Source: Tubulanus polymorphus (taxonomy: Eukaryota > Animalia > Nemertea). Taken from it: a stretch of 64,000 nt of DNA. Where the stretch lies: positions 9,031,859 through 9,095,858 of the forward strand of contig NC_134036.1 of NCBI RefSeq assembly GCF_964204645.1, given 5' to 3'. This document shows positions 53,646 through 64,000 of this stretch, piece after piece. Every line of letters starts with the position of its first letter. Positions within the stretch are counted from its first letter, which is position 1. Position numbers and translations under genes: made by a program. The notes beneath the pieces are model-generated. The model searched no databases. It had not been told where the DNA came from and was given only the letters and a program-made list of their open reading frames with translations.

Positions 53646-54133
53646 TTAAAGATCAAGTGTAGCCAAATTTATCAAAATTTTTATTATGATTTTATTCAAT
53701 AGATAAATAACCCGCATACCAGTAAAAAATGTTATTTTTTCGAGAAACACTCAGTTTGAATAAATATCTGGGTTTGAAAAATAGATAACAGGTGCGTGAA
53801 TTTCAGAGCGCGCGCTGACTATTCGCTATGCGTGTGACGTCATACGGGCTACAGAGCGAATACAACGTGCACAAGCCGTCGCAAAACCGACATACGTCCG
53901 GCTTAAGTCATTAGCAATTAATGAAATACCTGTTCCATTTATGATGAAAAAACTCAAATGAAAAGTCTGGCTTATAAAGCTGTCTGCTCATACGAAATGT
54001 TTAAAACAACTCTTCATTTTTTCCAATAAAATTGATAATTGTGATTGATCGTTGCAAGTCAGAACCAGTTAATCACTAATTAACATGCATATTAATAAAT
54101 CTGATTCCTCCTTTACAGTGAACTTAGCTTTAA
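53646..54133. mobile_element. Possible TTAA-flanked (Kolobok-like) non-autonomous element
   Basis: TTAAAGATCAAGT ... ACTTAGCTTTAA imperfect inverted ends. Confidence 0.35.
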
Positions 54134-55437
54134 CCTAGTAGAGGCTACTAGCCTATCACGACGATACGCGATAAGGCAATAACGACTAACAATGTGAGCG
54201 CGTAGTTAAGCAAGGGCGCGCTATTTTTAACTTTCTGATCGCGTGACTTCATGACGTCACGAGGCATAATGCTAGTGAATAGGAAAATCTACGGTTTTTA
54301 GTGGCATGTTTCTTGCGCTATTTAGCATAATCGTCCCCTGCCAGATTGCAAATAACATTCAACTGGCCTGGCTCCACCGCGCTAAATTTGCCGTTTTTTG
54401 AAATTTCCCCGACGTTGTCGCCTGTCCGGCTCGAAAGTCTAGCGATAATCGGACGACCTATGTGTAAGTATACCACCAAATACATCAGGAAATACTTAAT
54501 CTGAGGATAAGAATAATTATATCTGTAAACATAGCGCTGAGCGTGAGCTTATCTAGTTTTAATTGATATATTATAAGTGGTGTTTTTGTAACCGTATCGC
54601 TGAGAAATCGTGTCGCTCCTAACCCGGAAATAAGTTTTAGTCGATTTCGATCATCATTCAAATTTGCAGTATCTTTATCTTTATAGGCCTTGCCTCATTT
54701 GAACACCGAATTTAGTGATATCCATGAGAGATAATTCATATTGAATCGTATGTTCAATAGTAGAGAGGCCTGATTCATGTCCAAAAGCAAAGCCAAATCA
54801 AATAGTAGTCCCCTTTTAGACTTTCTGTTCGAATATCCACTTTTCTCTTTCAGGATATTTTTCGTCGTTTAAATTCCTACTGTACTCATAAAATAAGATA
54901 TCGTCTCGTGAGGTAGGCTCAAAAATCAGTCATTTTTCAAATCGAAAACTTTTTCTTGGACTTTGAAATAAAAAAATTGATCAATCATGCATGTAACTTC
55001 AATAATTTCAGATTTTTCGTGGTCCTTCAGTGGCAGGCTGCCGTCGGGTGGGGCCCTTCAATATCGTCTAGTTAGGTAGGCCGAAAAATGTATTTCATAC
55101 TAAAAAGTTCTCCTCGGGCTAAAAATTCCTTGATTAAGCTGTACTTTTGTTTATAATTTCAGATTTTTCGCAGTCGCAGTGTCAGTCTATACCAAAAAGT
55201 TAAAAATTCCTTGATTAAGCTGTAGTTTTTTGTTTATAATTTCAGATTCGCAGTGTCAAGAGTCCAACCGCAAGTGTTGATATTGATATCGTTTAGACTG
55301 CAGTCTGGCCATATTTTTAATTTAGTCAGGTGAGGTAAACCAACAATTTAATTTCGTATGCTAAGTTGAAAAACCATCTCATGCTTACAAATAAGCGGTT
55401 ACTTTGTTACTTGAATTGGCATGATTTCAATTTCAGA

Positions 55438-58400
55438 ATGGCAGAAAATTTTGACAGGAAAGTTGGTCAAGGCAAACGTAAGCTTTATTATGGGTCCAAC
55501 CAGAAAAGTAAGAAAAATAAAGCTAAAGTAAAAAAAATGATCGAAGCAAGTACGTATATCAATACAATTCTTTTTATGTCCCAGTAGTTTCATTCTTCAC
55601 TCCCAAAATGCCAACTATGAATCATGCCTATGCCTCGGCTGTGCCCATTGCATTTTGCTGGCAAGTTAGTTATTCATGAATAAGGTATACATTTTCGATT
55701 TTTGATTTGTAAGTATATTTGTTAAAAATATAATCTATAGCTGCATTCAAATGAGAGTGAAAAATAAACTTTGGAATTTGTTATTTAAATTAAGTGTTTA
55801 TTTTCTGATTGAATAAAAACAATAATTATATTTTCTGACTTATTTTCTGACTTTTTAAGTTCTGATTTATTTTTCAAAAAGGAACTGATTTCTAAACATG
55901 CTCTGAATCAAAGTATCTAGGGATCATGAAGATCTTAAATGGCAATTCTCAAATAAATGTGTTTCGTGTATAGTCTACTCCTGTTGTGCCTATTAACCCA
56001 TTCCCCCCTAAGCCAATATCAGTATTGAAACATTAATAAGAGTCTCGTATGTATTCTTGGAAAACAGGCCTCAGGTTTACAATGTATACAATGCACATGT
56101 TCATATTTAAGAATTGTTCAGAAAAAGGAGGTGAAGTAATTATATTATGATGACTGCCAGTGAGTGAGACTGAGAATTTGAGGGTTTATGAGTGACAACA
56201 ACCCGCAATAACAAAAGGGTAAAACTCTCACCACTATTCCATTGGCATTTATCTGGATTGTTGTTAACTACAAACTTAAGAACTCAAATGAACCCTAGCA
56301 AGTGTAAAGACACAATGTTCTACGTATAATGTTATTGTGGGTCTTATATTTGAAATGGAAAGAAATTATGATAAAAATGGTTAGGTAAGTTGAATTATAT
56401 TTACTAACTGGTGACTAATACTTCCTATTTATGAATATATGGATTAATGAGAAAACAACAAAACTAAATTAATTAGTACCATATGTACACTTCCATTGAT
56501 CTTTTATTTCAACTGATAATGATCGACATTGGTTTATAAATGAAGGGACTCGTATGCATGAAAATTAATTCATTGAAATTGATTGTATTTTACCATCTAT
56601 TGATTCAATAGGAAATGCAAAATGGGGAAATACGAGCCTATTGAGTGAAAGTGTGTCTAGCCAGTTTTCTCCTCAATCGCAAACTTCATTTGACGAAAAA
56701 GAATCAAATATTCAGCCTCCATTTACCAGTACTCCATTTACGTCCCCTGTTATGTATGTACCAAGTACCAACGTTGAAACATCTGTACCGACCTATCATT
56801 TCAAAGAGGATCGCAGCTGTCAAACGGAGAACACTGCAACTGAAAATAAACAAGAAATTAAGATCAAACTACTTGAGTCGAAAATGAGACAGATAGAAAG
56901 TGAGAAATTGGTTTTGCAATCAGAAAATGTAAATTTAGCAGAGCAAATCAAAATTAAAGATCAGAAATTAGAAGAGTTACAAAATCAGATATTGCAATAC
57001 GAACAATATGAATCTCTAATCAGAAATAAAAGCTTATTAGAAATATGCGGAGGAAATATGAATAGCATCTTCGATGCTCGTCACTTAACGAAGTCTCGCC
57101 CTGAAAAGTTTTGCAAATTGAGCATCCCTAATGTCCCATCATCAGCGGCAAGTTCCCAAACTCTAGAAGCTCGAGCATTGACAATGAAAAATGTATTAGA
57201 CACAATATCAGCTAAACCAATCAATTCATATCAGAGCAGCATCACGCTTTCAACATTTCTATCACACAATCCCAAATTATCTAAATCTGCAATAGACCAT
57301 TCTCAACAATTACATCTACTCAAACCATTAACCGCATCGCAATCTGTTGAATTAAAACTTGCTCTGCGTCTGCCGATGAGACGACTTTTCGACTTGAAAC
57401 GGGTTCTAAAAAGCTATGGAACGCCAATCTTTCCATCTGCAAACAAAATCCGACAAGAGATCTTGCAGAGGGGAAAATCTTTCACCCCCTATATCACTGT
57501 AGGCCAAACAGAATTAGAAGTTAATTCGAGAACCCATGAAAAAAAGACAGCTCCTCATGCAACTCTGACCAATTTGAAGTTACAAATTCAAAGAACTGTA
57601 CAAAATCTATCTGACCGAAAGAAAATGAGTTTTCATCCAAATTTTCACAATGAAGTTTGGGTCAAAGTGGGTATTGACAAGGGAGGGGGTAGTACAAAAA
57701 TGATATACTCGGTTATAAATGGGGAAGGGAACAACAGTGCAGATGCCAGCGAAATGATTGGCTATTTTGAAGGCACTGATATTGTTGAGAATATGAGAAC
57801 GGTATTCGGGATTTTCAAAGATGAAATCGATGCTAATGATATCACTATATCAACAATGATTGATAATAGAAAATTAGATTTGCCTGTTAGGATGTTCCTC
57901 ATTGGGGATTATGCATATCTGTGTAACTGCATGGGTCACCAGGGGCCCTCGGCTACCTATCCCTGTTTATGGTGCCAAGTAAAACTTGAAGATCTTAGGA
58001 AAAAGAACAGAACACCACACAATCCATCTTCCCATCCATATCAAAACCGTACTATCGCATCATATCTCGAAAATTCATCAAAATCACCACAATCATTCGG
58101 CCCAGAAACCTTGAGTATTTCATCATCAATGCTATTCAAACCATCAGACATGCTTCATCTCGTTCCTCCAGTTCTCCATATTTCCCTAGGATTAGGCCAC
58201 CGTTTCTTTGAGATGATGGAAAACAAGTGCAAAGAACACGACCAGACAAACTTAAGGGAATCGAACCCTGAATTAAACAAAAAAATGGCAAGACCAATCA
58301 GAAGTAGTTTCAAAATTAAGACTAGAAATCGAATCGAAACAATTGTCTTTTGAATCATCCAGCCAATTACTTAATCTCATGAAAATTTCCCACCGTAAAG

Positions 58401-59317
58401 GTTCATCGGTAATTGACTGCACGGCATCCATCTGCTTCATTCGCTCTATTGAAAATGCAAACCCAAATGAATATACATACTGCGTAGATTGCAACTTACC
58501 TTTTCATAAACAATGCGTATCGAATATAGAATGTTTTACTGGTCGCAAACCATCAGCAGATTCTATCATAAAAAAACAAAACATCATCATCACAAAGCTA
58601 AAAAAAGACATCTCAACTTTGAAAACACAAATAGCCCCGGAACAATCTCTTCTGAATGAAATTTTCAAAGAAATTAATAGTATTCAAGGACCGACCCAAA
58701 AAAAACTCAACAATATCCTATCTGAGATTGGTATTGTTCGACAGGCCTACCATTCGAATAGTTTTGTCGGCAATCATATCCATAAAATGTTCAAAATCGA
58801 TGAATCAAAAGGAATCAATAATCCGCGTAAATTATGTGAAGCACTAGAATTTGACCCAGCTACTCAGTCATTATTCCAACTTTTGTTTGAGAAATTTCAC
58901 TCAATCTATACATTATATACGGCAAACCGTTTCCTTGAAAATTCTGAAGTTCAAGAACTAGGTAGGCTTTGTGATGATTTCGGTATGTGGTATCCGAACG
59001 CGTTTCCGGACACAAACATCACTCCGAAAATGCACATGCTAATTTATCATGTACCAGAATTTGTTCGTGTCTGGAGGACAATTGGCATGTTTGGCGAACA
59101 AGGACTGGAATCTAAACATGCTAGTGTCAATAAAGATGGACGAGTTTATTGCACTATAAGGGACAATATTCTACGAACCAAGTTAATCTTCATTAATCAG
59201 GGTCTATATACTACGAAAACGCTAAGTATCGAAACTGTTCCACGCAAATGTCTGTGCGGTGGATTTTTTATAACTAAACAAAATGAACGAAAATGTCAAA
59301 AATGTAGTAAGAGCTAA
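55438..59317 (+). CDS. Chapaev-type transposase B (exons 55438-55549 and 56612-59317); one frameshift in an A7 run at 58279-58285
   Basis: Colinear homologue of transposase A (KVGIDKGG, IGDY, YPCLWC, PPVLHISLG, YHSNSFVGNH, ITPKMH, GEQGLE) with the same phase-1 intron. Deleting one A fuses ORFs 56641-58353 and 58343-59317 (LNKKWQDQSE, compare LNAEWQDLSK in A). Confidence 0.88.
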
Positions 59318-59400
59318 ATTTTCAATCAAGTACCAAACATCTAGGCCTATACTTTGTTATGTGCATTTTCGGAGTGATAGTAATATTTTCACCGTGATGT

Positions 59401-60618
59401 CTGACAGTAGAGAAGTGGATGGGAAATGGGCAACTTTATGGTTTTTAAACCATAGAGTTATGTTCGGGTTTATTCCCTCCCGCTCGCTCTACTGTCAGTC
59501 TATTAACTATTAATGTATTCTGTATATCTATGTCTGTCTATCTATCTGTTTGTCTGACAGTAGAGAAGTGGATGGTAAATGGGCAACTTTATGGTTTTTA
59601 AACCATAAAGTTATGTTCGGGTTTATTCCCTCCCGCTCGCTCTACTGTCAGCCTATTAACTATTAATGTATTCTGTCTATCTATGTCTGTCTATATATCT
59701 GTTTGTCTGACAGTAGAGAAGTGGATGGGAAATGGGCAACTTTATGGTTTTTAAAACATAGAGTTATGTTCGGGTTTATTCCCTCCCGCTCGCTCTACTG
59801 TCAGTCTATTAACTATTAATGTATTCTGTCTATCTATGTCTGTCTGTCTGTCTGTCTATCTATCTGTTTGTCTGACAGTAGAGAAGTGGATGGGAAATGG
59901 GCAACTTTATGGTTTTTAAAACATAGAGTTATGTTCGGGTTTATTCCCTCCCGCTCGCTCCACTGTCAGTCTATTAACTATTAATGTATTCTGTCTATCT
60001 ATGTCTGTCTGTCTGTCTGTCTATCTATCTGTTTGTCTGACAGTAGAGAAGTGGATGGGAAATGGGCAACTTTATGGTTTTTAAACCATACAGTTATGTT
60101 CGGGTTTATTCCCTCCCGCTCGCTCTACTGTCAGTCTATTAACTATTAATGTATTCTGTCTATCTATGTCTGTCTATGTCTGTCTATCTATCTGTTTGTC
60201 TGACAGTAGAGAAGTGGATGGGAAATGGGCAACTTTATGGTTTTTAAACCATAGAGTTATGTTCGGGTTTATTCCCTCCCGCTCGCTCTACTGTCAGTCT
60301 ATTAACTATTAATGTATTCTGTCTATCTATGTCTGTCTGTCTGTCTGTCTATCTATCTGTTTGTCTGACAGTAGAGAAGTGGATGGGAAATGGGCAACTT
60401 TATGGTTTTTAAACCATAGAGTTATGTTCGGGTTTATTCCCTCCCGCTCGCTCTACTGTCAGTCTATTAACTATTAATGTATTCTGTCTATCTATGTCTG
60501 TCTATGTCTGTCTATATATCTGTTTGTCTGACAGTAGAGAAGTGGATGGGAAATGGGCAACTTTATGGTTTTTAGAGTTATGTTCGGGTTTATTCCCTCC
60601 CGCTCGCTCTACTGTCAG
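59401..60618 (+). ncRNA. Tandem hairpin array 3' of transposase B (8 units, 153-165 bp); candidate pre-miRNA-like RNA
   Basis: Units start at 59401, 59554, 59707, 59872, 60037, 60200, 60365 and 60528. Each is a ~98-nt hairpin CTGACAGTAGAG...CTCTACTGTCAG, separated by (TCTA/TCTG)n linkers of variable length. The repeat itself is certain; function as an RNA is inference. Confidence 0.6.
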
Positions 60619-63144
60619 CCGTAGCCTATAGTCCTATACGAATAAAGTAAACAATTAAGATATAATCTGCTTACCAGTTATTACTTCGTACATGGGGCAG
60701 GGAGGTTAAAAAATCAGAATTTCGTGCTTACGTCTGTTCGTAGGCCTATGAGATATTGACTTACCGAGATATAACTGTGGCCACAGCCACATTATCAGCC
60801 AAATCATCTTTCCTGTTGGTGAATTCCATCCTTTTCTTAAAACATGAAATTCTGGTCCACTTATTTTCGACTGGAAAGTCTTTACGGCATAGCCAATCTG
60901 AGTTCAGTCCTGGTACAGTCTGCAATAGACCTATATTCGGATAAAAATTCATGTCACATATTCTGCCGAAACAGCTTCGGTGCATTAGGCCTTTTCATTT
61001 CAAAGTATCAGCATGAACTTTTTAGTATTGTGGAGCTGCGGTGACCTACGGCTACTACACCAGGTCCAGTCCTCCAGGACAGGAGGTCTTTCGAGTATCA
61101 TTTTACTATTGAATGTCGAATTATCTGCCATTATACAAAGAGAATCTACCATACCTATTTATCATTTTGCGTAAAGAAATGGTTCAGGTGGTTTTGGTAA
61201 GCTACAAAGTCAACTAAAAGCCTACACACGTATCAGCAGTACTTACTGTCAGCTGGTCAGTCGACTCGAGAACCCGGAAATAGAACAGAAATATTGCATT
61301 TCAGAGGCAAATACAGCATCTATCGTACGCATTTACACCAATTAAGCCATCGTTATCTTCCTTCATCTGTTGCCAATATCAAATATGATATCGTATGCAC
61401 ATAATCCAGTGTTATCCTGTGAAATCTTTGAATTTGACGTCAAAAATTATTGAAAACATCGCCGACGGCGGCCATTTTAGGAAAATCACCACCAGGAGGA
61501 CCACTGCGTATTTTTATAATGAAATATGATTTTATCAATCTAAAAACCACAAAAACATATTTCCTGAATGAATATCTGTTAAAGATTTAGAACAATGATT
61601 GAAAATTCATATTATGACACACAGCGCAGCGCAAAAATATAATCAGCAAGTTCACGCACGGTAACTAAGGACGCGCACGTACGCCACTGTCAAGGGTCAA
61701 GGTCAAATTCAGCTGAAAGCTTGTACACTCGTGCTATGTAGGCCTATGTATATGCGTAGGCCTAACATCCGGACAGATTGGTCGTACGCCTATTGAATAA
61801 CAACCCTCCTAAATATCCTGAATTTTGTTTTGAAGTTCAATCCAATGAGTCCGTTAATTAACGCAACAATTATACTGTGCTTGTTTGAGACAGTAAAGGT
61901 CAGTTCCGGTAGGCCTAAGCCTTAAGGTCGCTTAAAACTCGATAAAACCTTCAAGCGACACAGCGAACGATCTCCTTTCCTCCACAGCGAACGCTTACTC
62001 CGAATGTCAAGTGTGAGTCCAGCATACGACTAGGAGTGTGTTATATACTTGTATTTAGTAAATACCTTGTGCATTTGACAATGATCGGTATGTATCGGTT
62101 AATTCGGTAAAGAAAAATAGGTATTGTTGAAGTAACTCCTTGAAACCCGCAGCCAAATCACTGGTAGTAATACATTAATTTGTACTCGATTTTATTCTCA
62201 TGATGAGGAGAAACTCGCAGCTGATCCCCGGAACGACGATGTAGTAACACACGTCGATTCGTCGATGTTTACGGCTCGACAGTGCTTTTAAAATCTAAAT
62301 TAGTAAATTTCCAGTGTATCGGTAATATGATTTGATGAGGAAAATAGGCTATTGTTAAAATCACTGTTTGAAGACCGCGGCAATAAATTAGTTCATTTAT
62401 ACTTGAATTGATAATCGAAGTGACAATCGGCCTGCAGGTTGATTTCGGGATGACGACTCGAAAAAACATGTCGCCCCATTGAATGAGGCTAAATTTTCGA
62501 TGTTTACGGCCCGACAGTGCTTTTGTAACGATGATTCGTGAAAAAACACGCGGAGTATTTGTAGATCTCAGTGAGCTGAACGATATCATACGGATTGTAT
62601 CGACAACAGCGGCAAGGTAACAAAGCCTTAGTTCTTTTAGTGAAAATAGTGTGACATAAAATAATAATAATAAGAAACACGCGAATCTCAATAGGGTTTT
62701 CTCTGATGTAACAGAAAACCCTAATTAATTCTTCGATCCCAAATTATTCTAAATGTTACTTTTTAGCCCACTTCAGACTTTTGTCCCAGCCGGCTATTGC
62801 GTTCACTTTTTGTTTGTCCGTCCGTAGACGGAATTCAGTTATTTTGGGAAGTTTTGAAGAGTTACGAGCCGCGACAGCCGTTTTTCAGCACTATACGATT
62901 CTAGGTAAACAATCGCTGATAGGTGAAAGCTAAAACAAGTTTACGTGTGGATTTATAGTTAATCCTCACTGAACAAACTGATGAAGATCAAGTGATTATT
63001 AACGATATTACAGATCGAAACGTCGCACGGAGAGCATGTGTGACAGACAGATTTTACTCTTTATATCTTGTCTAAAAAGATATTGCTTGAAATAGATAGG
63101 ATATGGATAATTAGAGAAGAAATTGGCGAAAACGTTGTGCAGAA

Positions 63145-63495
63145 ATGAGGGAACTTATGAACTCGAATGTTGAAGATGACCTGGATTTAAGTGGCATCCT
63201 CAGTGATAAATCCAGTAATGATCAACATGGTATCGGACAGGCATCAGAAAGTGATGAAAGGGAATTATGTGATGAATTGATCGGCGATGAAGCCGATGTA
63301 GATTGTTTTTCCGATTCTTCTTCAAGTTCATCTGATAGCGACTCTTCACTTTTAAATGAATCAGGAGACGACGAACCTGATTTGAATCAGGAGTTGAGCC
63401 AATGGGCATGCCGGGAGAACATTTGCAGATCAGCTTGTGACAAATTACTTTGTATTCTTCGAAGGCATGGCCACCAGGAACTCCCCAAAGATGTG
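63145..63495 (+). pseudogene. N-terminal fragment of a second EnSpm/Mirage-like transposase
   Basis: Acidic linker followed by LSQWA..ENI...ACDKLL.ILR.HGH.ELPKD, cut off abruptly. Confidence 0.65.
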
Positions 63496-63755
63496 CACTT
63501 ATTGCCTGGTAAAATCTTAGTAGGAACTTTCTCCACGCTTAAATTCAAAATATAATGCTCTAGGAATATCAATGTGTTCTTAATCTTGGATGGATATGCA
63601 ATACTAAATGTGTAATAAGCCGACATAAGGCACGCCACTCCGCTTATAACATTCATAGTCTCTTCGTTTTCAATCAGTGGCAAGCCATCTACATGGAGGG
63701 AGACATGGGTCGGTTTCAGGGGACTGCCACCTTCACACCCTTTCAATTGCAGCAC
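63496..63755 (-). pseudogene. C-terminal exon of a SAMD3-like accessory gene, convergent with the transposase fragment
   Basis: VACLMSAYYTFSIAYPSKIKNTLIFLEHYILNL matches the family of the last exon at 10226-10540. Confidence 0.65.
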
Positions 63756-64000
63756 CGGATGATTGCCTTTTATTTACTGAAATATCAATAATATTGAGAA
63801 AAATCGATAAGTAACAATTTTGATAATCTTATGTAATGATACATCTGATACATGATGCTTACAATTAGATTTGCCCCTTTAAGATATTACAAAGAATCGA
63901 ACAGTGGGATATGATTTTCTTTTAAATACGAACCTATTCAACAGTTATCAATTCATTTCGATCCTCTCTTAATAGTCCCGGTAACATGAGCAGAGCTGCC

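Larger units (their letters stand above)
54157..61733 (+). mobile_element. Complete Chapaev-type DNA transposon B, 7577 bp
   Basis: Ends CACGACGATAC and GTACACTCGTG (consensus CACGANNNTAC shared with element A). 4-bp TSD CTAT at 54153-54156 and 61734-61737. Confidence 0.85.

Noticed and set aside
59401-60618. CRISPR-like array
   Set aside because: The units are near-identical along their whole length, the linkers are microsatellite rather than unique spacers, there are no cas genes, and the context is eukaryotic.

Overview
This is eukaryotic, intron-containing DNA, most likely from an invertebrate animal, and it is almost entirely a nest of transposable elements around two rhodopsin-class GPCR genes (one intact, one pseudogene carrying a perfect (CTG)84 expansion). 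From left to right the window holds: a truncated Polinton/Maverick (pPolB C-terminus plus an accessory ORF); a complete 9.75 kb EnSpm/CACTA-like element (CACTG TIRs, TG target-site duplication) with a C2H2-transposase gene and a multi-exon accessory gene (CIDE-N-like N-terminus, SAMD3-like C-terminus, six tandemly duplicated exons); a degenerate Penelope-like retroelement with a hammerhead motif; a decayed RAG1/Transib-like transposase gene; the GPCR pair; a decayed KDZ/Zisupton (HMGXB3-like) element; a spliced chromodomain gene next to a second RAG1/Transib-like transposase, which is split by a complete Chapaev-type transposon (40155-48478, TSD ACAT); a second, divergent complete Chapaev-type transposon (54157-61733, TSD CTAT); and an internally deleted EnSpm-like remnant. 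The best candidate for an undescribed system is that both Chapaev-type elements carry tandem arrays of a homologous pre-miRNA-like hairpin just 3' of the transposase stop, with compensatory changes in the stem. Family assignments rest on motif recognition by eye; no database searches or folding programs were run.
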